Made by a program: the position numbers and the translations under genes
Notes under the pieces: model-generated
Told to the model about the DNA's origin: nothing
What the model saw: the letters and a program-made list of their open reading frames with translations, nothing else
The model's database searches: none
Part shown: positions 1-9,021 of the stretch, piece by piece
Layout: each line of letters starts with the position of its first letter
Numbering within the stretch: position 1 is the first letter of the stretch
NCBI RefSeq assembly: GCF_027797205.1
Contig: NZ_CP115607.1
Location: 1,541,288 to 1,605,287 of the forward strand
From: Campylobacter sp. VBCF_01 NA2
Lineage (GTDB): Bacteria; Campylobacterota; Campylobacteria; Campylobacterales; Campylobacteraceae
Direction of reading: 5' to 3'
Length of the DNA stretch: 64,000 nt

Positions 1-1565
1 GCGAGGTCGAGCGCGTGCTAAAAATGGTCGATGGCGTTTTATTGCTCGTCGATGCACAAGAGGGCGTAATGCCACAAACCAAATTTGTCGTTAAAAAGGC
101 CCTATCTTTGGGACTTCGCCCAATCGTCGTGGTAAATAAAATCGACAAACCAGCCGCAGATCCAGATCGTGTGGTAAATGAGATTTTTGACCTTTTTGTC
201 GCACTTGATGCAAACGACGAACAGCTCGAATTCCCAGTCGTGTATGCTGCGGCAAAAAACGGCTATGCTAAACACAATCTAAGCGATGAAAATGTCGATA
301 TGAAGCCACTTTTCGAGACGATTTTATCTCATGTGCCAAGCCCAAGCGGTAGCGATGAAAACTCTTTGCAACTTCAAGTATTCACCCTTGATTACGACAA
401 CTATGTCGGTAAAATCGGAATTGCTAGAATTTTCAATGGTAGAATTTCAAAAAATCAAAGCGTAATGCTTGCCAAGGCTGATGGCACAAAGGTAACGGGC
501 AGAATTTCGAAGCTTATCGGATTTAACGGCTTGGAGCGTATCGATATCGACAACGCCGGCACTGGCGATATCGTCGCTATCGCTGGATTTGATGCGCTTG
601 ATGTAGGCGATAGCGTGGTAGATCCCGCAAACCCTATGCCACTAGATGCGCTTCATATCGAAGAGCCAACTCTAAGCGTAATTTTTAGCGTAAATGACGG
701 TCCGTTAGCGGGAACTGAGGGTAAATTTGTAACTTCAAACAAAATCGATGAGCGCTTAGCGGCGGAGATGAAAACAAATATCGCAATGCGATATGAAAAT
801 GTCGGCGAGGGTAAATTTAAGGTTAGCGGTCGTGGTGAGCTTCAAATCACGATTTTGGCTGAAAACATGCGCCGTGAGGGATTTGAGTTTTGCCTAGGTC
901 GCCCAGAGGTCATCATCAAAGAAATCGACGGCGTGAAATGTGAGCCGTTCGAGCACCTAGTAATCGACGCTCCTGATGATTGCACAGGCACAGTTATCGA
1001 AAAACTCGGCCGCAAAAAAGCCGAAATGAAGGTGATGAACCCCACAGGCGATGGCCAAACTAGAATCGAGTTTGAAATCCCTGCTCGTGGGCTAATCGGA
1101 TTTAGAAGCCAGTTTTTGACCGATACTCGTGGCGAGGGCGTTATGAATCACAGCTTTTTGGAATTTCGCCCGTTTTCAGGCGCAGTCGAAAAACGCCAAA
1201 ACGGCGCACTAACTAGCATGGAAAATGGCGTCGCGCTGGGATATAGCCTATGGAATCTCCAAGATCGTGGCGTGCTATTTATCGCTCCACAAGCCAAGGT
1301 TTATGTTGGTATGATTATCGGCGAACACAGCCGTCCAAACGACCTAGATGTCAATCCAATCAAAGGCAAAAACCTAACAAATGTCCGCGCTAGCGGTAGC
1401 GATGACGCGATTAAGCTAGTTCCGCCAAGAAGCCTAAATTTGGAGCGCGCATTAGAGTGGATCGAAGAAGACGAGCTAGTCGAGGTTACTCCGATAAATA
1501 TCCGCGTGCGCAAACGCTACCTAGACCCGACCACGCGCAGACGCATGTCGAAAACTAATTCGTAA
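1..1565 (+). CDS. typA: Translational GTPase BipA/TypA (5' end truncated by window)
   Basis: ORF runs from the window edge. The translation has EF-G-like domains and conserved BipA C-terminal motifs (e.g. [23 protein letters not shown]). Confidence 0.9.
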   Translation, partial: EVERVLKMVDGVLLLVDAQEGVMPQTKFVVKKALSLGLRPIVVVNKIDKPAADPDRVVNEIFDLFVALDANDEQLEFPVVYAAAKNGYAKHNLSDENVDMKPLFETILSHVPSPSGSDENSLQLQVFTLDYDNYVGKIGIARIFNGRISKNQSVMLAKADGTKVTGRISKLIGFNGLERIDIDNAGTGDIVAIAGFDALDVGDSVVDPANPMPLDALHIEEPTLSVIFSVNDGPLAGTEGKFVTSNKIDERLAAEMKTNIAMRYENVGEGKFKVSGRGELQITILAENMRREGFEFCLGRPEVIIKEIDGVKCEPFEHLVIDAPDDCTGTVIEKLGRKKAEMKVMNPTGDGQTRIEFEIPARGLIGFRSQFLTDTRGEGVMNHSFLEFRPFSGAVEKRQNGALTSMENGVALGYSLWNLQDRGVLFIAPQAKVYVGMIIGEHSRPNDLDVNPIKGKNLTNVRASGSDDAIKLVPPRSLNLERALEWIEEDELVEVTPINIRVRKRYLDPTTRRRMSKTNS

Positions 1566-1638
1566 ATTTTAAAATTCGTGCGAAATTTGGCTAAATTTTG
1601 CACGAATTTTGCTCAAATTTTTCTAAATTTTACTCCTT

Positions 1639-1690
1639 AAATTCCGCTATCGCAACCTTGAAATACTGCCCCGAATTTTAAAATTCCAAA
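1639..1690. repeat. Dispersed intergenic repeat family B (aaattccgctatcgcaa..ttgaaatactgccccgaatttt), copy 1
   Basis: Near-identical to copies at 11600-11645. Diverged copies at 34211-34290 and 3455-3500. Confidence 0.8.
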
Positions 1691-1695
1691 AATCT

Positions 1696-1738
1696 CGTAG
1701 GGTGGGCATCCTTTCCACCATAAATTCTAAATTTTGCC
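1696..1738. repeat. Dispersed palindromic repeat family A (cgtagggtgggcatcc...), copy 1
   Basis: cgtagggtgggcatcctttccaccataaattctaaattttgcc. Related copies at 12521-12584 and 13633-13676. Confidence 0.75.
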
Positions 1739-1852
1739 TACAATGCTGTCATTGTGAGGAGCACAGAAAAGTGTCAAGAGCTTTTCCCACGACGAAGCAA
1801 TCTGGGGAAATCGTTGAATTTTGAAATTCAAAATTTAGTCAAATTTGCTTTT

Positions 1853-2034
1853 AAGTGTCATTGTGAGCCGTGCGAAAGCACAGCGTGGCAATCTACAAAG
1901 TCGAAATTAACGGCAGGGCAAATGGCAGAATTTTGAATTTCATTAAATTTGACTTTTAAAATTCTGCCATTTGCGCGGTTAGATTTTTAAATTTTGTAGA
2001 TTGCCACGCCCGCAAAGCGGGCTCGCAATGACAC
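1853..2034. repeat. Large nested inverted-repeat element (about 45-bp arms, each with an internal tetraloop hairpin, flanking a second 11-bp IR)
   Basis: Arms aagtgtcattgtgagccGTGCgaaaGCACagcgtggcaatctacaaa versus the reverse complement of tttgtagattgccacgCCCGcaaaGCGGgctcgcaatgacactt. Inner ggcagaatttt...aaaattctgcc. A third partial arm lies at 1747-1766. Confidence 0.8.
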
Positions 2035-2205
2035 TTAAAAAACAAAATTTAGCGAAATAAAAATTTCGGCACAGTGTTTAGAATTTGCGATAGCTAAATT
2101 TTGCCTGCAAAATTTGGTAAATTTCCCGTAAATTCGGCTATTAACACACCATAAAATTTCCGAATTTTTATTCTAGTTTTGTAAAATTTAACCAAAAGGA
2201 TTTTT

Positions 2206-2793
2206 ATGAAATTAGTTTGTTTTGACTTCGACGGGACGATTACCAGAGACGATTCGTTGCTCGAATTTATCGCCTATGTCGTGGGGTTTAAGAAATTTTT
2301 ACGCGGGATTTTTAGGCTTAGCCCTATTTTGCTGGGCTACAAGCTTGGGCTGTGTTCGAATAATTTCACGCGCAGGCGGCTAATGGTGCATTTTTTTGGC
2401 GGTATGAGCGTGGATAAATTCGCCAAAATTTGCAAAAAATACTCCACCACGCACATTGAAGATATTATCAAATTTGAAGCCATGGCAAAAATCAAAGAAT
2501 ACATCGCAAATGGCGATAAAGTCGTCATCGTAACGGCCTCTTTGGAGGATTGGCTAGCCCCTTGGTGCAAAGAAAATGGGCTCGAACTTTTGGGCACAAA
2601 AATTGAGAAAAAAGGTGGCGTAATCACCGGCGAAATCGATGGTTTAAACTGCTACGGGGCGCAAAAGGTGGCGCGCATAAAAGAAGCTTATGATTTGAGC
2701 GAATTTGAAAAAATCATCGCTTATGGCGATAGCAGGGGCGATAAAGAGATGTTAGAATTCGCAGATGAGGCGCATTTTAGGGCGTTTGAGTGA
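2206..2793 (+). CDS. HAD-IB family hydrolase (phosphoserine-phosphatase-like)
   Basis: N-terminal DxDGT motif (FDFDGTIT) and C-terminal GDSxGD motif typical of the HAD superfamily. RBS-like aaagga upstream. Confidence 0.75.
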   Translation: MKLVCFDFDGTITRDDSLLEFIAYVVGFKKFLRGIFRLSPILLGYKLGLCSNNFTRRRLMVHFFGGMSVDKFAKICKKYSTTHIEDIIKFEAMAKIKEYIANGDKVVIVTASLEDWLAPWCKENGLELLGTKIEKKGGVITGEIDGLNCYGAQKVARIKEAYDLSEFEKIIAYGDSRGDKEMLEFADEAHFRAFE

Positions 2794-2849
2794 AATTTTG
2801 CTAGTGCAAATTTGGGATATCGCGTCGAAAATCTAATAAAGGAGAAAAA

Positions 2850-3446
2850 ATGAAAAAAATTTTAATCCCAAGCCTTGTGGCTATGGGTTTTGTGTGTGGG
2901 TATGCGGATGAAGGGCCAAGAAGCTATGAATACTTCGCGGCAAACTTGCAAATCGCTAAGGCAAGGGTGCAAGAGTGCGCGAAAACGGGCTCTGTGGCTT
3001 ATATAGACGCGGTCGAGTGCAATAATGCTAGCAACGCCGTAAGCGAAGCGAACGAAAAAATTATGGCGAAGCTCCCACGCGAAAGAGTAGAAATTTTAAA
3101 TGGTTTAAGAAGGATTTCGGTCTTGCTTGATGATTTTTACGCATACCACACTGCTATGGGAAAATTTGAAAACCAAGTTGAGCAAATGACAAATATCCCA
3201 AACCCTATCGCCGTAGCTGGTAAAAACTGCGCCAAATACGCTACCATTGGCTCCCACGAAGTAGAAATCGCAATAGATAAAAATGACGAAATTTGCAAAG
3301 GGCTTGCTAGCGAATTTGAGAAAAATTTCGGGCAAAATAGTGCGTTTTCGCGCAAAGAAAATAGCGAAAAAAGCGATATTTGGACATTTGATGTCACGAA
3401 AAAATCTAGTAATTTTTACTATATTTTCTTAAACGCTGTGGAGTAA
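2850..3446 (+). CDS. Hypothetical secreted/lipoprotein
   Basis: Signal peptide with lipobox-like VCGYA. Strong RBS aaggagaaaaaATG. No recognisable domain. Confidence 0.55.
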   Translation: MKKILIPSLVAMGFVCGYADEGPRSYEYFAANLQIAKARVQECAKTGSVAYIDAVECNNASNAVSEANEKIMAKLPRERVEILNGLRRISVLLDDFYAYHTAMGKFENQVEQMTNIPNPIAVAGKNCAKYATIGSHEVEIAIDKNDEICKGLASEFEKNFGQNSAFSRKENSEKSDIWTFDVTKKSSNFYYIFLNAVE

Positions 3447-3454
3447 CTTAGAAA

Positions 3455-3560
3455 AATTTCGCTTCGCAAACCTAGATACTGGCGCGGGAATTTTGAATTT
3501 GGCGATTGCTTCGAATTTTGCAAAGCAAAATTCTCGCAATGACACTAAAAAGCAAAATTT
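3455..3560. repeat. Mosaic intergenic repeat: diverged family-B copy followed by a copy of the 'tcgcaatgacact-aaaaa-caaaattt' arm of the 1853-2034 element
   Basis: tttcgcttcgcaaacctagatactggcgcgggaatttt ... tctcgcaatgacactaaaaagcaaaattta matches 2021-2055. Confidence 0.65.
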
Positions 3561-3600
3561 AAAAATTCCGCGCCAAATTTCAAATTTAAAATTTCAAATT

Positions 3601-4020
3601 TCACGCTTTCGTAATTGCAATTTTGACAAGTTGCGAAAATTTCACACCTTTAAGTCCGCCGATTTTGGCGCTAAATTTCTCGATTTCGCCCATTTTGCCA
3701 CGCACATTTATGGTCTCTAAGCAGTTATCGTGATCGACATGGATATGGTTCGTGCAGACAACATCGATTTTAGCGTGGTGTTCGAGCTCGATTAGGTTTT
3801 CGAGCAGGTCGCTTTGGTGGTGCGAATACGCTATACAAATCACGCCAAGCCCCTCGCTGTCGCTGTTTTCATCGCTCCATTTATCATTTACGATTTTCTC
3901 GCGGATTAGGTCTCTGATATACTCGCTCCTGCTAGGATAGCCCTTACTTTGCACGCGCGAGTTTAGCTCGTCAAATAGCTCCTCTGGCAGTGAAACGCTA
4001 AATCTGATTACATTATCCAT
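3601..4020 (-). CDS. nikR: Nickel-responsive regulator NikR (ribbon-helix-helix + metal-binding C-domain)
   Basis: N-terminal RHH (IRFSVSLPEELFDELNSRVQSKGYPSRSEYIRDLIREKI). C-terminal HxH...H...C nickel site (CTNHIHVDHDNCLE) matches the NikR family. Confidence 0.85.
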   Translation of the reverse strand: MDNVIRFSVSLPEELFDELNSRVQSKGYPSRSEYIRDLIREKIVNDKWSDENSDSEGLGVICIAYSHHQSDLLENLIELEHHAKIDVVCTNHIHVDHDNCLETINVRGKMGEIEKFSAKIGGLKGVKFSQLVKIAITKA

Positions 4021-4030
4021 TTTCGCCCTT

Positions 4031-5326
4031 TTAATTTTCTTTTTTCTTGACCCTAAGCGAGGCTATCGAGGTGCCGTCCATCGCAAGCACGGTGTAATCG
4101 CAGTTTTCGTCGCTTATCTCATCGCCATTTTCTGGCAAACGACCAAAGAGATTAAAGACATATCCACCGATCGTGAGCTGCTCGGTCTCGTCGTCAAAGG
4201 CGATTTCCATTATCTCCTCGACATTTTCGATCTCGAAGCGACCTTTAAATTCGTAAGTATTATCGTCAATGCGGGTGAAATTTTGCTCTATATCGTCGTA
4301 TTCGTCCTCGATTTCGCCAAAAATTTCCTCGATTATGTCCTCCATGGTCAAAAACCCCGCCGTTCCGCCGTATTCGTCGATGACAAGGGCGGCGAAAATG
4401 CGCTCTTTATTCATCATTGATAAAATTTTCGTTATCGGGGAGTTTTCTGGCACGATAATGAGTTTGCGCACGATTTTATCGAAATTTTTCTCGCCGTTTT
4501 GTTGCATGATATCGCGGATATGGATTAGTCCTAGCACCGTGTCTTTGCCTCCGTCGATGTATGGGAAGCGGGTAAATTTCGACTCCAAAACTACGCGGTA
4601 ATTATCCTCGTAGCTTTCGTTTTTATCCAGGCAGACCATATCCTTGCGCGGAGTCATAATCTCCTTTGCCACAGTATCGCCAAAATCCACGGCGTTTTTG
4701 ATGATTTCGGTCTCCACGCTATCTAGCACTCCGCCTTTTAGGCTTTCGCTAGCGATGATTTTGATCTCTTCTTCGGAGTGGGCGACCTCGCTATCTTTGA
4801 CCGCGCGGATTCCAAAGAGCCTAACCACGCTTGATGCGACGAAATCAAATGCCTTAATCGCGGGCAGACACAAAACCCAAAAACAATAAAGCGGTCTAGC
4901 TATCCAAAGCACGATTTTTTCGGATTTTGCGATTGCGATTAGTTTTGGGGCCTGCTCGCCTAGGACGATATGCAGTGTCGTAATGATACTAAACGCGATA
5001 ATCACAGCCACGGTATGCACGCTAGCCTCGCCTAAATTTAGGCTAGCAAGTGGCTTGCGGATTAGGCTAGCTACGGCTGGCTCGCCTATCCAACCAAGGG
5101 CGAGGGAAGCCAGCGTAATGCCGATTTGGCAGGCGCTTAGGTAGGTATCGATTGAGTTTGTCATTTTTAGAGCGAGTGAGGCGTTTGCGACCTTGTCTTT
5201 GACGAATTCTTCGAGTTTTGAGCGTCGAACTTTAACAAGGGCAAATTCAGATAAAACAAAAAAAGCATTTAAAAAAATTAAAACAAAAGCGAGAAGTAAC
5301 ATAAAGACCGAACGATCCGTGTCCAA
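4031..5326 (-). CDS. CNNM/CorC/TlyC-family transporter (DUF21 membrane domain + CBS pair + CorC_HlyC)
   Basis: N-terminal four-TM DUF21-like region, tandem CBS domains and a C-terminal CorC/HlyC transporter-associated domain. Possible TTG start at 5326 with an aagga RBS. An alternative ATG start lies at 5302. Confidence 0.8.
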   Translation of the reverse strand: MDTDRSVFMLLLAFVLIFLNAFFVLSEFALVKVRRSKLEEFVKDKVANASLALKMTNSIDTYLSACQIGITLASLALGWIGEPAVASLIRKPLASLNLGEASVHTVAVIIAFSIITTLHIVLGEQAPKLIAIAKSEKIVLWIARPLYCFWVLCLPAIKAFDFVASSVVRLFGIRAVKDSEVAHSEEEIKIIASESLKGGVLDSVETEIIKNAVDFGDTVAKEIMTPRKDMVCLDKNESYEDNYRVVLESKFTRFPYIDGGKDTVLGLIHIRDIMQQNGEKNFDKIVRKLIIVPENSPITKILSMMNKERIFAALVIDEYGGTAGFLTMEDIIEEIFGEIEDEYDDIEQNFTRIDDNTYEFKGRFEIENVEEIMEIAFDDETEQLTIGGYVFNLFGRLPENGDEISDENCDYTVLAMDGTSIASLRVKKKEN

Positions 5327-5431
5327 AATTTAATCCTTTGAATTTAAAATAAAATGCAGATTATAGCAAAATTAAACTAATTTTCACAAATTTTTTTAAA
5401 TTTTAAAAGTGCGGAATTTTGAAATTTAGCT

Positions 5432-5458
5432 GGTGCGAAATTTCACAAATTTCGCACC
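5432..5458 (-). terminator. Hairpin terminator downstream of the M48 peptidase gene
   Basis: ggtgcgaaatttcacaaatttcgcacc. Confidence 0.5.
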
Positions 5459-5474
5459 GATGAAGCTTACGAAG

Positions 5475-6290
5475 CTATTTTTTACCTTTTTTGGCTTGTT
5501 CGTATAGTGGCATGACGAGCGGGATTGTTTTTTCTAGGTTTTTGATACGGGTTTCATCGCCTGGGTGAGTTGAGAAAAACTCAGGCGTTTTGCTACCACT
5601 TTCTAGTTTCGCCATTTTGCGCCATACATTTGGGGCTTCGTTTGGATTGTATCCAGCGCGCGCCATAAGCTCTAAGCCCATGATATCGGCCTCTGTTTCG
5701 TGTGAGCGAGAAAACGGCAGACTAAATCCATACTGACCTAAAATCGCTAATCCAGTCGCGCCCAAATCCCCTAGCCCAGCGGCTTGCGCGCCGATTGAAA
5801 TGCCTAGGTTTTTTATAGACTCTGTGCTGGCTCGCTCTCGTGAGTGTTCGCGAAGAGCATGAGCGATCTCGTGTCCTACGACAGCTGCTAACTCGCCATC
5901 AGTTAGGCTAAGCTTATTGATAATGCCTGTATAAACGGCAATGCGACCCCCTGGCATGCACCACGCATTTACGGTCGGATCTTCGATGACATTTACCTGC
6001 CAGTTCCAGTTGCGCGCATCTGGTCTGAAAACGCCTACTTGGTTAATCAATCTATTTGAGATTGTTTTGACCCTTTTGGTTTGTTTGGCGTTGGTGTTTA
6101 GCTTTTTTTGGCTTTTTGCTTGGCTGATTACTTGCGTGTATGAGCTTGCCGCTGCCTTGTCAAGCTCGGCTTCACTTACCGTGAGTAGCTGGGTGCGATT
6201 TACCCCCACAGCGCCGCCTTGGGTCGTGCTAGCACAACCGCCCAAAAAAATCGTGGCGAAAATCGCCAAAATTAAGGAAAGTTTTTTCAT
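5475..6290 (-). CDS. M48-family zinc metallopeptidase, lipoprotein
   Basis: Lipobox LGGCAS, HEIAHALREH HExxH motif and a downstream E. An inverted-repeat terminator follows. Confidence 0.8.
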   Translation of the reverse strand: MKKLSLILAIFATIFLGGCASTTQGGAVGVNRTQLLTVSEAELDKAAASSYTQVISQAKSQKKLNTNAKQTKRVKTISNRLINQVGVFRPDARNWNWQVNVIEDPTVNAWCMPGGRIAVYTGIINKLSLTDGELAAVVGHEIAHALREHSRERASTESIKNLGISIGAQAAGLGDLGATGLAILGQYGFSLPFSRSHETEADIMGLELMARAGYNPNEAPNVWRKMAKLESGSKTPEFFSTHPGDETRIKNLEKTIPLVMPLYEQAKKGKK

Positions 6291-6382
6291 CTTTTCTCCT
6301 TTGAAATTTGAAAATTTAAATTCGCCAAATTTTAGCCAAAATTTTTAAAATTTCATTATAATTGAGTAAAAAAGGAAAATTT

Positions 6383-7078
6383 ATGAAAAAAAATCTACTA
6401 GTTTTTATCCTCGCTCTGCTCGTTGGTTTGGGCGTTGGTGTGTATATGATGGGTGGGACTAACACTCACGGGGACGGCGGAAATGGCGAATTTAGCGCAG
6501 GCGAGCATTATTTGGTTTTGGATAAACCACTAAGTGTGGATAAGGGCAGTTTCGTGACGATTTCTAGCTATGCTTGTCCGTTTTGCTATAAATATTATCA
6601 AAATGTCCTGCCTGAAATTTTAGGCGAGATCTCGGCTACTTACGAGCCGTTTCACATGCACGCTATGGGCGAATTTGGCGTGAGTGTGAGTAAAATTTTG
6701 GCTGTGGCCAGAGTTTTGGATAAAAGAGAAAATATAGCCCCAAACTCGCCAAATTCGAAATTTAAGAAAATTTTATTTGCATATTTTGAGAGTTATCACG
6801 ACAAAAAAGAGCGCCCGAGTGCCGATATGGACGAGATGAAATTTTTGCAAACAGGCTTTGAAGCAGGCGGGATCACGCGCGAAATTTACGAGAGCGAATT
6901 GCAAAATAGCGAAGTTTTGGAGCTACTTGGGCTTTGGGACGAGGGCTATGATGTCGCACTTATTCAGGGCGTGCCGGCCTTTGTGGTGGGTGGTAAATAC
7001 CTCATAAAAACAGACAAAATAACTTCAACGGCTGAATTTGCGAATTTAATTAATTTTTTAGCGAATAAAAATGAGTAG
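6383..7078 (+). CDS. dsbA: Thiol:disulfide interchange protein, DsbA-like thioredoxin fold
   Basis: Signal peptide and CPFC redox motif (CPFCYKY). RBS aaaggaaaa. The ORF could also extend to 6362. Confidence 0.75.
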   Translation: MKKNLLVFILALLVGLGVGVYMMGGTNTHGDGGNGEFSAGEHYLVLDKPLSVDKGSFVTISSYACPFCYKYYQNVLPEILGEISATYEPFHMHAMGEFGVSVSKILAVARVLDKRENIAPNSPNSKFKKILFAYFESYHDKKERPSADMDEMKFLQTGFEAGGITREIYESELQNSEVLELLGLWDEGYDVALIQGVPAFVVGGKYLIKTDKITSTAEFANLINFLANKNE

Positions 7079-7703
7079 AGTGCTGTTTAAAATTTGCGCG
7101 TGGCAAAACAGCGCGAAGCCTTGGATTTATCTGATTTTCGTCTGCGCGCTTTTGATTATTATCGCGCACTATTTTTTCCAAGAATACCTATTTATGGCGC
7201 CTTGCGAGCAGTGTGTGTATATCAGACTAGCATTTTTTGTGATACTTTTGGGCGCGATTTTAGGCACGATTTGCGGGGGAAATTTGCTACTTAAATTTTG
7301 CGCTTATGGCGTGTGTTTTGTGGGCGCATTTTATGGAATTGCTCGCTCAATCCACCTATACAAGGTGCATAGCGCGATTTTAGGTAATCTGCCTTTTGGC
7401 GTGCATGGTTGCTCATTTAAGCCAAATTTCCCGCTAAATTTGCCACTTGATGAGTGGTTTGCTAGCTTTTTTAAGCCAACTGGCGATTGTGGCTTAGACG
7501 CGCCCATAATTCCGCTAGGAACGAGCCTAGATTCTATTCAAAGTTTTTTTGTGGATTTGTATTCTAATGGCTGGTATTTGATCCCGGGCGCGAAATTTGG
7601 CACAATGGCTGAGTGCATGATTTTAGCCTTTGGCGTGATTTTAGCGGTTTTATTTGTGATGATGAGTGCGCAAATTTACGCTATGTTTTCAAAGAAAATT
7701 TAG
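7071..7703 (+). CDS. dsbB: Disulfide bond formation protein DsbB-like membrane protein
   Basis: Polytopic membrane protein with CxxC (CEQC) in the first periplasmic loop and a second Cys pair (CGLD..). Overlaps the dsbA stop, which suggests coupling. Confidence 0.7.
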   Translation: MSRVLFKICAWQNSAKPWIYLIFVCALLIIIAHYFFQEYLFMAPCEQCVYIRLAFFVILLGAILGTICGGNLLLKFCAYGVCFVGAFYGIARSIHLYKVHSAILGNLPFGVHGCSFKPNFPLNLPLDEWFASFFKPTGDCGLDAPIIPLGTSLDSIQSFFVDLYSNGWYLIPGAKFGTMAECMILAFGVILAVLFVMMSAQIYAMFSKKI

Positions 7704-8293
7704 GGCAAAATTTTAAAATTTTGATGATCTAATTTTTGGATTTTTTTATTTTTGATTAGCTTATTTACAGCCACGGAGACATTTTGGCGCGGGGCTCCGA
7801 CGAAGCTTGCGATTTCGCTGACACCGCCATTTACATGCGCGACGCCCTCTTGTGAGATTTGGAGCAAAAATTTATATGTGCGGGTTTCGACGCTATCAAA
7901 AACCAGCTCTTTTATCACATTTTTTTGCATTGTCATATTTTTCAAAAACGAGTTAAAAAGATAAATCGCAAAGTCTTGGTTGAACTCAAACAGATCAATC
8001 ACGGTGGATAAATTTGCCTCTAAAATTTCAGCGTCTTTTGTGATTTCAAATGACGAAAAGGTATCGACTAGCACGAAAGAACCCGCCCCAAAGTAGCTTA
8101 GCACATACTCCCTGCCGCTTTCGTGGTAGGTATTTAGCTTGCCCTCGCCTTTTAGGATTATCATAAAAAGCTTTTTTTGAGCGTAAATCATCGAGCCTTT
8201 TTGATAGGAAATGCGTCTGAATTTATCCAAATCCTCTTTGCCGAAAAACGATAACTCCTCGCCCTCAAAAACCCCTGTCGTCCTAGTCCCCAT
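7700..8293 (-). CDS. Crp/Fnr-family transcriptional regulator
   Basis: cNMP-binding-like beta-roll followed by a C-terminal HTH (PRQNVSVAVNKLIKNKKI). Divergent from the torB/torA-like operon. Confidence 0.75.
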   Translation of the reverse strand: MGTRTTGVFEGEELSFFGKEDLDKFRRISYQKGSMIYAQKKLFMIILKGEGKLNTYHESGREYVLSYFGAGSFVLVDTFSSFEITKDAEILEANLSTVIDLFEFNQDFAIYLFNSFLKNMTMQKNVIKELVFDSVETRTYKFLLQISQEGVAHVNGGVSEIASFVGAPRQNVSVAVNKLIKNKKIQKLDHQNFKILP

Positions 8294-8351
8294 AAAATGC
8301 CTTTTTATTTTTATTATCTCACAAAAAGGTTAAGTATCGATAATAAAAACT

Positions 8352-8377
8352 AAATTTGTCATAAAAATGACAAATTT
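8352..8377. promoter_or_regulatory. Perfect 26-bp palindrome with Crp-like TGTCA-N6-TGACA core between the divergent crp/fnr-family gene and the torB/torA-like operon
   Basis: aaatttgtcataaaaatgacaaattt. About 50 bp upstream of the torB-like start. Confidence 0.5.
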
Positions 8378-8426
8378 TTATTTTTGTTTTTTATAAAATT
8401 TATCAAAATTTTACAAAGGAGAAAAT

Positions 8427-9011
8427 TTGAAAATTCTAAATTTAGCTCTTTGCTTAGGTCTTTTAACCTGCGCCGCAAACGCCCTTAGCGTGGGCGATAG
8501 CGCGTATAGCGTAGCTGTTAAAAATATCAGCCTAAGTGCAGATTTAAGCGAAAGTGTCGGAAGATTAATGCCGACAAATGAGATCAAAATCATCGAAGCA
8601 GATGATAAAAAGGTCAAATTTAGCCTTGAAGGCTACCAAAGCGCAAAGGCGCAAAATATCATTTATTTTACCCCTAAGGCGAGAATTATCTCGGTTGCTT
8701 TTTCAAAACAGGCGAAATTCGACGCTGAGGTTTTGGAGAATTTAGGCGAGTATAACAAGGTAAAAATCACAGCCTATACTTCACCAGACGCGCTAGAAAC
8801 GGATTTGAAAGCGATTTTTAGCACAGCGAAGAAAAACCACGAAGAAAACTGCGGCACCTGCCACCCGCTTCACAGAGGCGAAACTCAGGTCGCAAATAGA
8901 TGGCCTGCGCTGATTAAATCAATGCAATCACGCACGCCATTAACCCAAGATGAAATTTGGGTTATCACTCAGTATTTACAAAAACATTCAAAAGACATTA
9001 ATGTCGATTAA
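8427..9011 (+). CDS. Periplasmic monoheme c-type cytochrome (TorB/TorC-like partner of TMAO/DMSO reductase)
   Basis: Signal peptide and a single CGTCH heme motif. TTG start preceded by aaggag. Immediately upstream of the molybdoenzyme gene. Confidence 0.7.
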   Translation: MKILNLALCLGLLTCAANALSVGDSAYSVAVKNISLSADLSESVGRLMPTNEIKIIEADDKKVKFSLEGYQSAKAQNIIYFTPKARIISVAFSKQAKFDAEVLENLGEYNKVKITAYTSPDALETDLKAIFSTAKKNHEENCGTCHPLHRGETQVANRWPALIKSMQSRTPLTQDEIWVITQYLQKHSKDINVD

Positions 9012-9021
9012 AGGAGAAAAG

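Noticed and set aside
8950-9021. N-terminal extension of the torA-like ORF in the six-frame track
   Set aside because: The Tat signal (KRRSFLKG) begins at the ATG at 9022, which has a strong aaggagaaaag RBS. The upstream part overlaps the torB-like gene end and is an ORF-finder over-extension.
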